Source: Nocardioides sp.
GTDB taxonomy: Bacteria > Actinomycetota > Actinomycetes > Propionibacteriales > Nocardioidaceae
Length of the DNA: 38,941 nt
Direction: 5' to 3'
Assembly: GCA_041581495.1 (NCBI GenBank)
Contig: JBFIDC010000001.1
Span: forward strand, 1 to 38,941
Below, piece by piece: positions 8,527 through 17,285 of this stretch. Numbering within the stretch: the stretch's first letter is position 1; the number at the start of each line of letters is the position of its first letter. The position numbers and the translations under genes are program-made. The notes beneath the pieces are model-generated. The model searched no databases and was not told the origin of the DNA. It saw only the letters and a program-made list of their open reading frames with translations.

Positions 8527-9792
8527 CAGTGGCCTCGGCAACTCACTTGTCGGTGCGCCGATTGGGACGCGCCGGGTGCCGGTGTGGTCGACCAGGTAGT
8601 AGCCGTCGTGGGCATCGCGCCAGACATAGATGCCCGGAAAGGGTTGCCTGACGTCCATCGGACCGTGGGTCTTGATCCGGTGGTGCCGGGTGCTCATCGG
8701 CCCGTAGTTGCCCACCCCGCTGACACCGCCCTGCTCATGGGGAACGGTGTGGTCGACCTGCATGGTGCGAGACAGGCTCGAGGAGAAGGGGTAGGTGTCG
8801 GCCGGCGTCATCAGACGCACGGCCTGTCTATGTCGATCGGGGATCTCATAGGCATCGACCGGCGCCTGACCCTCGAGATCGAGGACCGGGGTGATCTTGA
8901 ACTTCGCCTGCGGCCCCAGCACGCTGCGCACCCACGCCTCGGTCACCGGACCGTGGCCCTCGAGGCGCATCACTTCGTGGGTGCCAGCGTAGGTGTGGAC
9001 GTAGAGGTGCACGGGCGGCAGCAGGTCGTGGATCGGGGTGTCGTCGGGCTTGCCGGGGTTGCCCAGCAGGAGCAGCGCGGCATGGACCCGGCGGGCGTCT
9101 TGATCCAGGTCGGGCAGCACGTCGCGCAGGTGGCGCTCCTTGGCATCGACAGCCGCGGCGATCTGGTCGATGGTCGCGACGTCGGCGCGGATGAGGTAGC
9201 TGGCCATCCCGTTGGCCTCCTCGCGGCACTTCTTGGCGAACCTCGCCTGAGCGGCCTGCTCCTCCCTGGCGCGAGCGGCAGCGGGCGCGGCTTGGGCGAC
9301 CTTGGCCTCCACCAGTGCCTCGAACCGCGACCATGGGATCCGACCATCGGCCGACTCGGCCACGGCCGCATCGACGAACATCGCCTCGTCCTTGGACAGG
9401 TTGCGGGTCTTGGCGACGACGTGGCGGGCGTAGGAGAGTCGGACCTCGCCGGCCTCGATCCGGCCCCGAAGGCTGGGGTGGCGGTGGTGCAGGTCCAGCG
9501 CGTCGGCCATCAGCGCCGCGGCGGCGTATACCGATCGCCCGATCCGCGCCCCCAACTCCGCGGCGGCGAACTCGGTCACCTCGGGCGTGCCCTCGCCGCC
9601 ATACATCCGCGACTTCTCACGCCCCGGCTTGCCCACCTCATCGGCACGAAGCCGCGCCGGGTGGTGGATCACCGCCCACTGGTAGGCGATCCGCAGCAGG
9701 TCGTTCTCGCGTTCGCGGATCTCTTCAGCGCGCTGACCGGCGAGGGCGAGGAGGTCACCCTCGCCCATCTCTGCCAGCGCCGTGGTGGTCAT
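8482..9792 (-). CDS. DUF222 / 13E12-repeat-family protein with C-terminal HNH-like domain
   Basis: GGEGTPEVTEFAAAELGA..DALDLHHRHP N-terminal signature and VDHTVP..GNYGPM..HHRIKTHG HNH-like segment. Confidence 0.85.
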   Translation of the reverse strand: MTTTALAEMGEGDLLALAGQRAEEIRERENDLLRIAYQWAVIHHPARLRADEVGKPGREKSRMYGGEGTPEVTEFAAAELGARIGRSVYAAAALMADALDLHHRHPSLRGRIEAGEVRLSYARHVVAKTRNLSKDEAMFVDAAVAESADGRIPWSRFEALVEAKVAQAAPAAARAREEQAAQARFAKKCREEANGMASYLIRADVATIDQIAAAVDAKERHLRDVLPDLDQDARRVHAALLLLGNPGKPDDTPIHDLLPPVHLYVHTYAGTHEVMRLEGHGPVTEAWVRSVLGPQAKFKITPVLDLEGQAPVDAYEIPDRHRQAVRLMTPADTYPFSSSLSRTMQVDHTVPHEQGGVSGVGNYGPMSTRHHRIKTHGPMDVRQPFPGIYVWRDAHDGYYLVDHTGTRRVPIGAPTSELPRPLVVEIYRDVPALEAC

Positions 9793-9798
9793 GAATCA

Positions 9799-9821
9799 AG
9801 CCAACACGAGCCCACCGACAA
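9799..9821 (-). promoter_or_regulatory. RecA-NDp / PafBC-like promoter of the DUF222 gene
   Basis: Minus strand reads TTGTCGGTGGGCTCGTG-TTGGCT-TGATTC-ATG. This matches TGTCGG-N10-TANNNT with one mismatch, and the ATG is 6 nt downstream. Confidence 0.6.
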
Positions 9822-9854
9822 GACGGTCCCAGGTCGGGGGTTCTGTCTCAGCAT

Positions 9855-9870
9855 TCGAACACTTGATCGA
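9855..9870. promoter_or_regulatory. LexA (SOS) box-like site
   Basis: TCGAAC-ACTT-GATCGA, one mismatch to the actinobacterial consensus TCGAAC-N4-GTTCGA. Confidence 0.6.
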
Positions 9871-9938
9871 AAATAGTCCTGATGGGACTTGGCCCTGACG
9901 TAGTCGGAGCTGTCGTGGGGGTGGGGGAACGGCGTGGT

Positions 9939-10304
9939 TCAATCCAGTGGAGCGTCAACCCAGCCGACCAACCGGCTACCAATTCCCAGGGGCTCTTCTC
10001 GATGGTGACCGGGCAGCGGAGGCGGTAGGTCGGAGTGCTGGTGGGAGTCGCAACTGACGTAAGTGAACGTCGGCCACCATTTCTTCGGCCGGGCTTTCTC
10101 AGCGAACCCGCAGACGTTGCACACCAGTTCGACCCAAACTAGCTTCTTGCCGATGCGGTTGGCGCGGGACTGAACCAGCCAGGGCGGCGGGCTGTTCTCG
10201 ATCTCATCCAACTGGGCTTCGGTGAGCTTCGTAGGCAGGCCGTGCCGGCTGGCCATCTCCACGGGGATGTTCAAGCGTTGGGCAGCCTCGCGTCGGGTGA
10301 ACAT
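9939..10304 (-). CDS. Hypothetical protein, HTH-like N-terminus plus CxxC...CxxH putative Zn site
   Basis: MFTRREAAQRLNIP.. start, CNVC and CDSH. The ATG at 10304 is preferred over the TTG at 10313. Confidence 0.65.
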   Translation of the reverse strand: MFTRREAAQRLNIPVEMASRHGLPTKLTEAQLDEIENSPPPWLVQSRANRIGKKLVWVELVCNVCGFAEKARPKKWWPTFTYVSCDSHQHSDLPPPLPGHHREEPLGIGSRLVGWVDAPLD

Positions 10305-10632
10305 CGCGCTCAACGATAGTCAGTGCGGGCTAGAGGACATCCTTCTGAGTTGCCACCCGTACACAGGTCTGGGGACCGCGGCTGACGAACGAATGCAGAG
10401 TTCGACCTCGTGCAAAGGCGCTGCACCCGTCGCGGGAATGCGACGCACACGCGGTGGAATGGGCGCCTGGTGCGTCGACGGACGTACCGAACGCCGCGTC
10501 CCGGCCTCATCGCAGGCGGGCGGTCGGAGCGAGGAGCGTCGATAGGTACGTCGGTCGGCGCCCATGCCGCCCCACTGAGTCAATCTGGCCGGAAGGACGC
10601 GGACCCGCCCCAGTACCTCCAGCAGGCGAAGC

Positions 10633-11055
10633 TCAGTCGGAAGTCAAAGCGGGAGCGGCGCTTGAGACTGCTGGCTCGTGATGCTGGTGGGTGATCACGT
10701 CAGCCATCGTCGGTGCCTTCACTGCAGCGGCCTTCTCCTGACGCTCCTGCTCGCGATCGACCGCGCGGGAGTTGCGGGTGGCTTTGGCGACCCACATCCG
10801 GCCGGCGGACTCCGACATGTGGCACAGGCCCGGGATCTGGGGGTATTGCTGGCACAGGGTGGGGCCGGTGCGGGTCGAGGAGGTGGGAGGCTCGATAGGA
10901 GCGGAGCGCGAGCCAGAGAGGCCGACGGCTGCAAACAGCCGCCGGCTCTCGGCACCGCAGGTCGCACAAGACACCGACTCAGGCGGGGGGCTGGGGGTCC
11001 AGTGCTCCGCGCGGGTCTGACAGTCGCGGCATTGGTAGTCCACAAGGATCGACAT
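10633..11055 (-). CDS. FmdB-family zinc-ribbon protein
   Basis: DYQCRDC...CATCG..SRRLF pattern; starts 11 nt after the lactonase stop. Confidence 0.8.
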   Translation of the reverse strand: MSILVDYQCRDCQTRAEHWTPSPPPESVSCATCGAESRRLFAAVGLSGSRSAPIEPPTSSTRTGPTLCQQYPQIPGLCHMSESAGRMWVAKATRNSRAVDREQERQEKAAAVKAPTMADVITHQHHEPAVSSAAPALTSD

Positions 11056-11066
11056 GACGAATCAGT

Positions 11067-11855
11067 TCACTCGTAGCAGTACGGCGCGTGCTGGTTTTCG
11101 GCCCAGTCGTCAGGGTCGTGGGTGATCCACACAGTGGCCTCCTCGGCTTCGGCGATCCGTTTGATCCGGCGCAGCGAATCCAAGGCGACGCGGGTGTCCC
11201 AGTCGATCGGGAAGTGGTACTCCAACTCGAGTGCGGAGCGCAGGTGCACGGCGTCACCGGTGAGCAGGAACGTACGCGAGGCCAGTCGAACCTTCAGGCT
11301 CAGCTCGCCCGGGGTGTGACCGGGCATCGAGAGCAGCACAAGGCTGCCGTCGCCGAAGAGGTCGAGGTCGCAGCCGGGCACCTCGCGCCAGTCGTAGCCC
11401 TTGGTCCGCTCCAATTGGTCGGGCATGTAGCAGAACGCTCCGATAGGAGCCGGGAAGCGTGCGAACGCCATCTCGCCGCCACCGATGTAGTGCTTGGCCT
11501 CTGGGAAGAGGTGAACGCCGCCTGCGTGGTCGAAGTGGAAGTGCGAGGTGATCACGTGGGTCACGTCAGAGGTCTTGTAGCCCAGAGCCTCGACCTGCTT
11601 GTCGACCGCCTGGTCCGGGGTGCCGCCGATGCCGAGACCGTCGGCCAACTCCTGGCCATACATCCCGACCGGGTCGGTGATCGCCTCCGGCGCGATGCCG
11701 GTGTCAAAGAGCACGAGGCCTCGCGGATGCTCGATCAGGAACGACGGCATTGGGATGGTGACCATCCCCGAGAGGCCATACATCAGGCTGTTGGAGTCGA
11801 CGGTGAGTGTCGGGCAGTCCAACGCCCACATCTTGCGTGCAAATCCCAGGGACAT
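11067..11855 (-). CDS. Metallo-beta-lactamase-fold lactonase (AHL-lactonase family)
   Basis: LFDTG, SHFHFDHAGG (HxHxDH), PGHTPG, TGDA and C-terminal THD motifs. Confidence 0.9.
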   Translation of the reverse strand: MSLGFARKMWALDCPTLTVDSNSLMYGLSGMVTIPMPSFLIEHPRGLVLFDTGIAPEAITDPVGMYGQELADGLGIGGTPDQAVDKQVEALGYKTSDVTHVITSHFHFDHAGGVHLFPEAKHYIGGGEMAFARFPAPIGAFCYMPDQLERTKGYDWREVPGCDLDLFGDGSLVLLSMPGHTPGELSLKVRLASRTFLLTGDAVHLRSALELEYHFPIDWDTRVALDSLRRIKRIAEAEEATVWITHDPDDWAENQHAPYCYE

Positions 11856-11888
11856 CGGCTAGTCCTTCCGTGCTCGGTTGAGAGCACC

Positions 11889-11990
11889 ACCGTGCTCCCG
11901 CCGAGGGGGCAAACGCCGTCCCACTTTGCGACAGGGCCGGGACACTGTCGCAAACTCGCACACTCCCGACGACTCGGCCGGGCATTGACT
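11889..11990. promoter_or_regulatory. Back-to-back activator-box promoters for the lactonase (-) and the Zn-ADH operon (+)
   Basis: Minus strand: TGTCGCA-AAG-TGGGACG (11933-11917), 22 nt, CACGGT (11894-11889). Plus strand: TGTCGCA-AAC-TCGCACA (11946-11962), 22 nt, TTGACT (11985-11990), with the ATG 6 nt later. Confidence 0.75.
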
Positions 11991-11996
11991 AGCGAT

Positions 11997-13097
11997 ATGA
12001 GCACAGGCCACAGCACCGCGGGTCAGATCGCCACGCTCGTGGGGCCCGCAACAGCCGAACTTCAGGAGTACGACGTGCCCGCCCCCGGCGCCGGTGCCGT
12101 GGTGCTCAAGATCCGCCGGGCCAATGTCTGCGGCACGGACGTCCACCAGTGGCACTACGAGTCAGCGGCGCTGCGCGACTCGGGTCTCGGCCACGAATTC
12201 GTCGGCGAGATCCTGGCCCTGGGCGACGGCGTCACCACCGACTTCGCCGGTCAACCAGTCTCGGTCGGCGATCGCGTGGTGCCGGTCTACTTCCTGACCT
12301 GTCATCGCTGCCCACCCTGCCTACGCGGGGAGTTCAACCTGTGCCAGAACGGGCTGGCCGAGTGGAAGATCAAGCCCGAGGTCTCCCCACACTTCCGCTC
12401 CGGCTTCGCCACGCACTACTACCTCTTCCCCGGCCAGTACTTCTACAAAGTGCCAGACGAGGTCGACGACGAGACCGTCGCCGGCGCCAACTGCGGTCTG
12501 GCCCAGATGCTCTTCGTCATCGACCAGGTCGGCATCGAGCCGGGCGAAACCCTGGTCATCCAAGGCGCCGGTGGCCTCGGTTTGTACGCCGCAGCGGTCG
12601 CTCACGAACGCGGCGCCCGAGTGATCGCGATCGACGGGGTCCCCGAACGCCTCGCGCTCGCCGAGGAGTTCGGTGCTTCCGAGACGATCAGCCTGGCCGA
12701 CTATCCCGAGTCGGCGGACCGGGTCGCGCGGGTCCAAGAACTCACCGGCGGGCTCGGCGCCGACATGGTGCTCGAGGTGACCGGTGTCCCGGCGAGCTTC
12801 GTTGAGGCCATCGACATCGCCCGCACCGGCGGTCGGATCGCATCGGTTGGCAACCTCAACGCCGAGGCAGAGGTGACCATGATTCCCGGCATCTTGACGC
12901 GCAAGAGCGTCCACGTGCACGGCGTCCTGCGCTACCACCCGCCCTACCTACACAAGGCCATCGCCTTCCTTGCTCGGCGGCAGCACGCCCACCCGTTCCA
13001 CGCCTTCGCCGACCGGTCCTACCCGCTAGTTGAGGTGACCGCGGCGCTCAAAGCGGGTGAGAGTCGATCGGTCGCCCGTGTCGCCATCGTTCCCTGA
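11997..13097 (+). CDS. Zinc-dependent medium-chain alcohol dehydrogenase
   Basis: VCGTDVH, GHE, CHRCPPC..C and QGAGGLG motifs. The true start is the ATG at 11997, not 11088. Confidence 0.9.
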   Translation: MSTGHSTAGQIATLVGPATAELQEYDVPAPGAGAVVLKIRRANVCGTDVHQWHYESAALRDSGLGHEFVGEILALGDGVTTDFAGQPVSVGDRVVPVYFLTCHRCPPCLRGEFNLCQNGLAEWKIKPEVSPHFRSGFATHYYLFPGQYFYKVPDEVDDETVAGANCGLAQMLFVIDQVGIEPGETLVIQGAGGLGLYAAAVAHERGARVIAIDGVPERLALAEEFGASETISLADYPESADRVARVQELTGGLGADMVLEVTGVPASFVEAIDIARTGGRIASVGNLNAEAEVTMIPGILTRKSVHVHGVLRYHPPYLHKAIAFLARRQHAHPFHAFADRSYPLVEVTAALKAGESRSVARVAIVP

Positions 13098-13139
13098 CCC
13101 ATCAACCCCTGCCCTCAAGCACGACTGAGAGGACCCACC

Positions 13140-14585
13140 GTGGACTTCCCGACCCAGCTCTTCATCGACGGAGCGTGGACTGACGCCAGTGACGGCGCCA
13201 CCTTCGATGTCATCGACCCCTCGACCGGTGAGCTCATCGCCAAGGTCGCCGACGCGACCGAGGACGACGTCCGCGCCATGATCGACGGCGCCGCGTTCGC
13301 CCAGGACCCCTGGGCGGCGATGCCCGCGGTCGAACGTGCCGCGATCCTGCGTCGGGCTGCCCGGATCTTCGAGGAGCGCATCGACGAACTGGCCCAACTG
13401 CTCAGCCGCGAGCAGGGCAAGCCGGTCGCACAGGCAATCGGGGAGTGGCAGTACGGCATCGGCTTCCTCGACTGGTTCGCCGAGGAAGCCCGCCGGGTCC
13501 ACGGCACCACCATCCCGGCCACGACCAGCGCGAAGCGGATCATCACCCTGAAGCAGCCGCTGGGCGTGACCGCCTGCATCACCCCCTGGAACTTCCCTTC
13601 GTTGCAGATCCTGCGCAAGCTCGGCGCCTGCCTGGCCGCCGGTTGCACGATGGTCCACAAGCCCGCCGAACTCACGCCGCTCTCGGCGCTCGAGATCGCC
13701 CGAGTCTTCGCTGACGCAGGACTCCCGCCGGGCGTCCTGCAGGTGGCGACCTCCGACGACGCCCCCAAGGTCAGCGGGGTCTTCATGGCCGACGCCCGGG
13801 TGCGAGCGATCTCGTTCACCGGCTCCACCGAGGTCGGCAAGATCCTGATGCGCGGCGCGGCCGACACGATGAAGCGGGTCTCTCTGGAGCTGGGCGGGCA
13901 CGCCCCGTTCATCGTGTTTGAGGACGCCGACATGGACCTGGTCCACCGCGAAGCGATGGCGGTCAAGTTGCGCAACATGGGCCAGACCTGTGTCTCGGCC
14001 AACAGGTTCTTTGTCCACGAGTCCGTGGCCGACGTGTTCAGCAAGCGACTGGCGGAGGCCTTCGCCGAGCTCACAGTTGGCAACGCACTGGAAGGCGGCA
14101 CTGATGTCGGTCCGCTGGTCGAGGAGGCCGCGCTGGTCAAGGTCGAGGCGCACGTCGCCGATGCCGTCGCCAAAGGTGCCCAGGTCCTACTCGGTGGCAA
14201 GCGCGCCGAGACCGACACCGAATCGCGCCTCTACTTCGAGCCCACCGTCATCCGCGGCGCCGACGAGACCATGCTGCTGGCTCAGGAGGAGACCTTCGGC
14301 CCCGTCGCCCCAATCTTCACGTTCACCGACGAGGACGATGTCGTCCGCCGTGCCAACGACTCCGACTACGGTCTGGCGGGCTACTTCTTCACCCGCGACC
14401 TCAACCGCGCGATCCGGGTCGCCGAGCGACTCGACTACGGCACGGTCGGTGTCAACGACGCCCAGATCTCGGCCGTCCAGGCGCCGTTCGGCGGGGTCAA
14501 GCAGTCCGGGATCGGCCGCGAAGGGGGAGCGCTGGGCATCGAGGAGTACCTCGACACCAAGTACCTCTCCCTCGGCGGACTGTGA
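13140..14585 (+). CDS. gabD: NAD(P)-dependent succinate-semialdehyde-dehydrogenase-type aldehyde dehydrogenase
   Basis: ITPWNFP, FTGSTEVG, SLELGGHAP, GQTCVSANR, EETFGP and GGVKQSGIGREG motifs. Confidence 0.85.
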   Translation: MDFPTQLFIDGAWTDASDGATFDVIDPSTGELIAKVADATEDDVRAMIDGAAFAQDPWAAMPAVERAAILRRAARIFEERIDELAQLLSREQGKPVAQAIGEWQYGIGFLDWFAEEARRVHGTTIPATTSAKRIITLKQPLGVTACITPWNFPSLQILRKLGACLAAGCTMVHKPAELTPLSALEIARVFADAGLPPGVLQVATSDDAPKVSGVFMADARVRAISFTGSTEVGKILMRGAADTMKRVSLELGGHAPFIVFEDADMDLVHREAMAVKLRNMGQTCVSANRFFVHESVADVFSKRLAEAFAELTVGNALEGGTDVGPLVEEAALVKVEAHVADAVAKGAQVLLGGKRAETDTESRLYFEPTVIRGADETMLLAQEETFGPVAPIFTFTDEDDVVRRANDSDYGLAGYFFTRDLNRAIRVAERLDYGTVGVNDAQISAVQAPFGGVKQSGIGREGGALGIEEYLDTKYLSLGGL

Positions 14586-14601
14586 TCCTCCGGGACAACT
14601 C

Positions 14602-16152
14602 ATGGCCGACTTCACATTCGCGGAGCTGACACCGACCGCTTTCCTCCGGCGCTCGGCACAGGTGTACGCCAACAGGGACGCGGTCGTCGACGGCGACCTG
14701 CGGTTCACCTACGCCGAGCTCTACGCCCGTTGTCTGGCCGGCACCGGCGTGCTGGCTGGTCTCGGTGTGCAGCCGGGCGACCGGGTTGCCGTATTGGCGA
14801 CCAACGGCCACGAGCTGTTGGAGATGCACTACGCGGTCCCGATGCGTGGTGGCGTCCTCGTGCCGTTGAACATCCGTCTCTCACCCGAGGAGTTGGGTTA
14901 CATCCTTGAGCACTCGGGTGCCTGTCTCCTGGTGCTGAGCGAGGAGTTCGCCGACATCGGCGCCCAGGTGGCGGCTGCGGTGGGGATCCCGGTCCTGCAG
15001 GCCGGCCCCGGCAGCGAGTACGAGCGACTGCTCGTGGACGCCCAGCCCGCGGAGGTCGCCTGCAAGGACGAGCGCGGACTGCTCGGCATCAACTACACCA
15101 GCGGCACCACCGGCAAGCCCAAGGGCGTGATGACCCACCACCGCGGCGCCTATCTCCAGAGCCTCTCATTGCTGGTGCACAACCAGATGGATCAGAGCAC
15201 GGCGTACCTGTGGACGGTGCCGATGTTCCATTGCAACGGCTGGTGCCTGACCTGGGGTGTGACGGCGATCGGTGGGCTGCACGTGTGCTTGCGCAAGATC
15301 GATCCCGAGCAGATCTGGGTGCTGCTGCGCGACCACGGCGTCACCCACTTCAGCGCGGCGCCGACCGTGCTCACCATGGTGGCGGGGGCGCAGGGTGCGG
15401 CCGGACCGCCGCTGGAGTCTCGGGTCAACGTGACGACAGGCGGGTCGCCACCGTCGCCGACGCTGCTGGGTCGGATGGACCGACTGGGCATGGATGTCAC
15501 CCACCTCTACGGCCTCACCGAGACGTTCGGCCCGATCGGCATCAACGAGTGGCAGCCGCAGTGGGACGACCTCGACGCGGATGCCCAGGCTGGGTTGCGG
15601 GCCCGTCAAGGCGTCGGCAATGTGATCGCAGAACCGCTCCGGGTCGTCGACGCCAAGGGTGTCGATGTACCGCGTGATGGGCAAGCAGTCGGTGAGATCG
15701 TGGCCCACGGCAACGATGTGATGCTCGGCTACTACCGCGACGATGCGGCCACCGATGCGGTGACGATCGATGGCTGGTTCCGCACCGGCGACCTGGCGGT
15801 CATGCACGACGACGGCTACCTGGAGATCAAGGACCGGGCGAAGGACATCATCATCACCGGTGGAGAGAACGTCGCTTCGGTCGAGGTGGAGCGCGTCATC
15901 GATGCTCACCCGGACGTCATTGAGTCCGCGGTCGTGGGGGCGCCGGACGAGCGGTGGGGCGAAGTCCCGATCGCATTCGTGACGGTGCGCGCCGGGGCCG
16001 AACTCACGGTGGAACAGATCGCCGATCATGTGCGCGCACACCTGGCCGGCTTCAAGGTGCCAAAGCAGATCTACTTCAGCGCGATCCCCAAGACCTCCAC
16101 CGGGAAGATCCAGAAGCAGGTGCTGCGCAAGTCTCTCCGGGACGACGAATGA
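14602..16152 (+). CDS. AMP-forming acyl-CoA synthetase
   Basis: YTSGTTGKPKG, YGLTET, FRTGD and PKTSTGK motifs. Start at the ATG at 14602. Confidence 0.9.
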   Translation: MADFTFAELTPTAFLRRSAQVYANRDAVVDGDLRFTYAELYARCLAGTGVLAGLGVQPGDRVAVLATNGHELLEMHYAVPMRGGVLVPLNIRLSPEELGYILEHSGACLLVLSEEFADIGAQVAAAVGIPVLQAGPGSEYERLLVDAQPAEVACKDERGLLGINYTSGTTGKPKGVMTHHRGAYLQSLSLLVHNQMDQSTAYLWTVPMFHCNGWCLTWGVTAIGGLHVCLRKIDPEQIWVLLRDHGVTHFSAAPTVLTMVAGAQGAAGPPLESRVNVTTGGSPPSPTLLGRMDRLGMDVTHLYGLTETFGPIGINEWQPQWDDLDADAQAGLRARQGVGNVIAEPLRVVDAKGVDVPRDGQAVGEIVAHGNDVMLGYYRDDAATDAVTIDGWFRTGDLAVMHDDGYLEIKDRAKDIIITGGENVASVEVERVIDAHPDVIESAVVGAPDERWGEVPIAFVTVRAGAELTVEQIADHVRAHLAGFKVPKQIYFSAIPKTSTGKIQKQVLRKSLRDDE

Positions 16153-17285
16153 CCGCCTCGCTCACCGGTGTCGGTGTCACCAGTTTTGGTCGACAACCCG
16201 GACCGGACTCGTTGGAGTGGCAGGTCGACGCTGCCACGCTCGCACTTGGCGACGCCGGGATCGACCCGGACGATGTCGACGCGGTCATCGCCGGATACTC
16301 CACCGTCGCCAGCCACCTGATGCCCGCCAACCTGTTCTCCGAGCGGTTCGGCCTCCGCCCGGCGACAGCGTTTGGGATGAACGTCGGCGGTGCCACCGGG
16401 TTGGCCATGCTCGCCCAGGCGGCGCGGTTGGTCTCGGTTGGTGCTGCGCGACATGTGCTGGTGGTCGCCGGAGAGGACCGCGCCAGCGGCCAGAGTCGTG
16501 AGACCTCGACCCGGGTCCTGGCCCAGGTCGGACACGCCAAATATGAGGTCCCACTAGGCGGTACCGTCCCCGCCTACTACGCACTGCTCGCGTCGCGGTA
16601 TCTCTGGACCTACGGCCTCGAGCCGGATGCGCTGGCGTCGTTCCCTGTGCAGATGCGTGCGCATGCCGCCCGCAAACTCGGTTCGCAGTTCCAAAAGCCC
16701 ATCACGGCCGAGGACGTCCTGGCCTCACGCCCGGTCGCCGAGCCGCTGCGGCTTCTCGACTGTTGCCCGGTCTCTGATGGAGGCGCCGCCTTCGTGGTCT
16801 CGGCGGCACCGACCGACACTCGTTCGCTGGCGATCGCCGGCACTGGCCAAGCACACCAGCACCAGCACCTCTCGGCCCTGGTTCCGGGAAGCTCCGGCGC
16901 CGCAGTGGCAGCGCAACGAGCATTGAGCGAAGCCGGGTTGACCTGGGATTCGGTTGACGTCTTCGGCATCTATGACAGCTTCTCGATCACCGTCGCCATG
17001 CTGTTGGAGGAGATCGGTCTCACGCCGCCCGGTCGGTCGGGGGCTTACGCCAGAGCCGGTGCATTCGAAGTCGACGGGCGATACCCGATGAACACCCACG
17101 GTGGCTTGCTTTCCTATGGCCACTGCGGCGTCGGCGGCGGCATGGCACATGTGGCCGAGGTGGCCACCCAGTTGCGGCACGAACGAGGGGCAAGCCAAGT
17201 GGCTGGTTGCGAGGTCGGCTACGTGCACGCCGATGGGGGCGTTCTCTCAGCGCATGTCGGCGTCGTCCTCAGGAGGGGGGCGTGA
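16149..17285 (+). CDS. Thiolase-superfamily protein (SCP-x/Ltp2-like, lacking the nucleophilic Cys)
   Basis: NVGGATG where CxS is expected; CCPVSDGG, IYDSF and NTHGGLLSYGH motifs. ATGA overlap with the ligase gene. Confidence 0.85.
   Translation: MTASLTGVGVTSFGRQPGPDSLEWQVDAATLALGDAGIDPDDVDAVIAGYSTVASHLMPANLFSERFGLRPATAFGMNVGGATGLAMLAQAARLVSVGAARHVLVVAGEDRASGQSRETSTRVLAQVGHAKYEVPLGGTVPAYYALLASRYLWTYGLEPDALASFPVQMRAHAARKLGSQFQKPITAEDVLASRPVAEPLRLLDCCPVSDGGAAFVVSAAPTDTRSLAIAGTGQAHQHQHLSALVPGSSGAAVAAQRALSEAGLTWDSVDVFGIYDSFSITVAMLLEEIGLTPPGRSGAYARAGAFEVDGRYPMNTHGGLLSYGHCGVGGGMAHVAEVATQLRHERGASQVAGCEVGYVHADGGVLSAHVGVVLRRGA

Noticed and set aside
8458-9876. 472-aa plus-strand ORF
   Set aside because: Antisense shadow of the DUF222 gene, typical of high-GC DNA; no recognisable motifs.
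9844-9889. TGTCTCA half-site and AGTCC-N5-GGACT resembling the activator box
   Set aside because: No matching second half at the right spacing and no 22-nt/-10 geometry; better explained by the adjacent SOS box or by chance.
10320-10694. Small ORFs in the gap between the FmdB-like gene and the hypothetical gene
   Set aside because: No RBS or motifs and mutually overlapping; treated as non-coding.
11088-11996. Apparent 669-aa ADH with a long N-terminal extension
   Set aside because: The extension is antisense to the lactonase gene and crosses the promoter region; the real start is 11997.
13918-14601. Long N-terminal extensions or apparent fusions (also 15954, 24904, 29098 and 34430 starts)
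   Set aside because: They overlap upstream genes in another frame; coupled or RBS-supported downstream starts exist.
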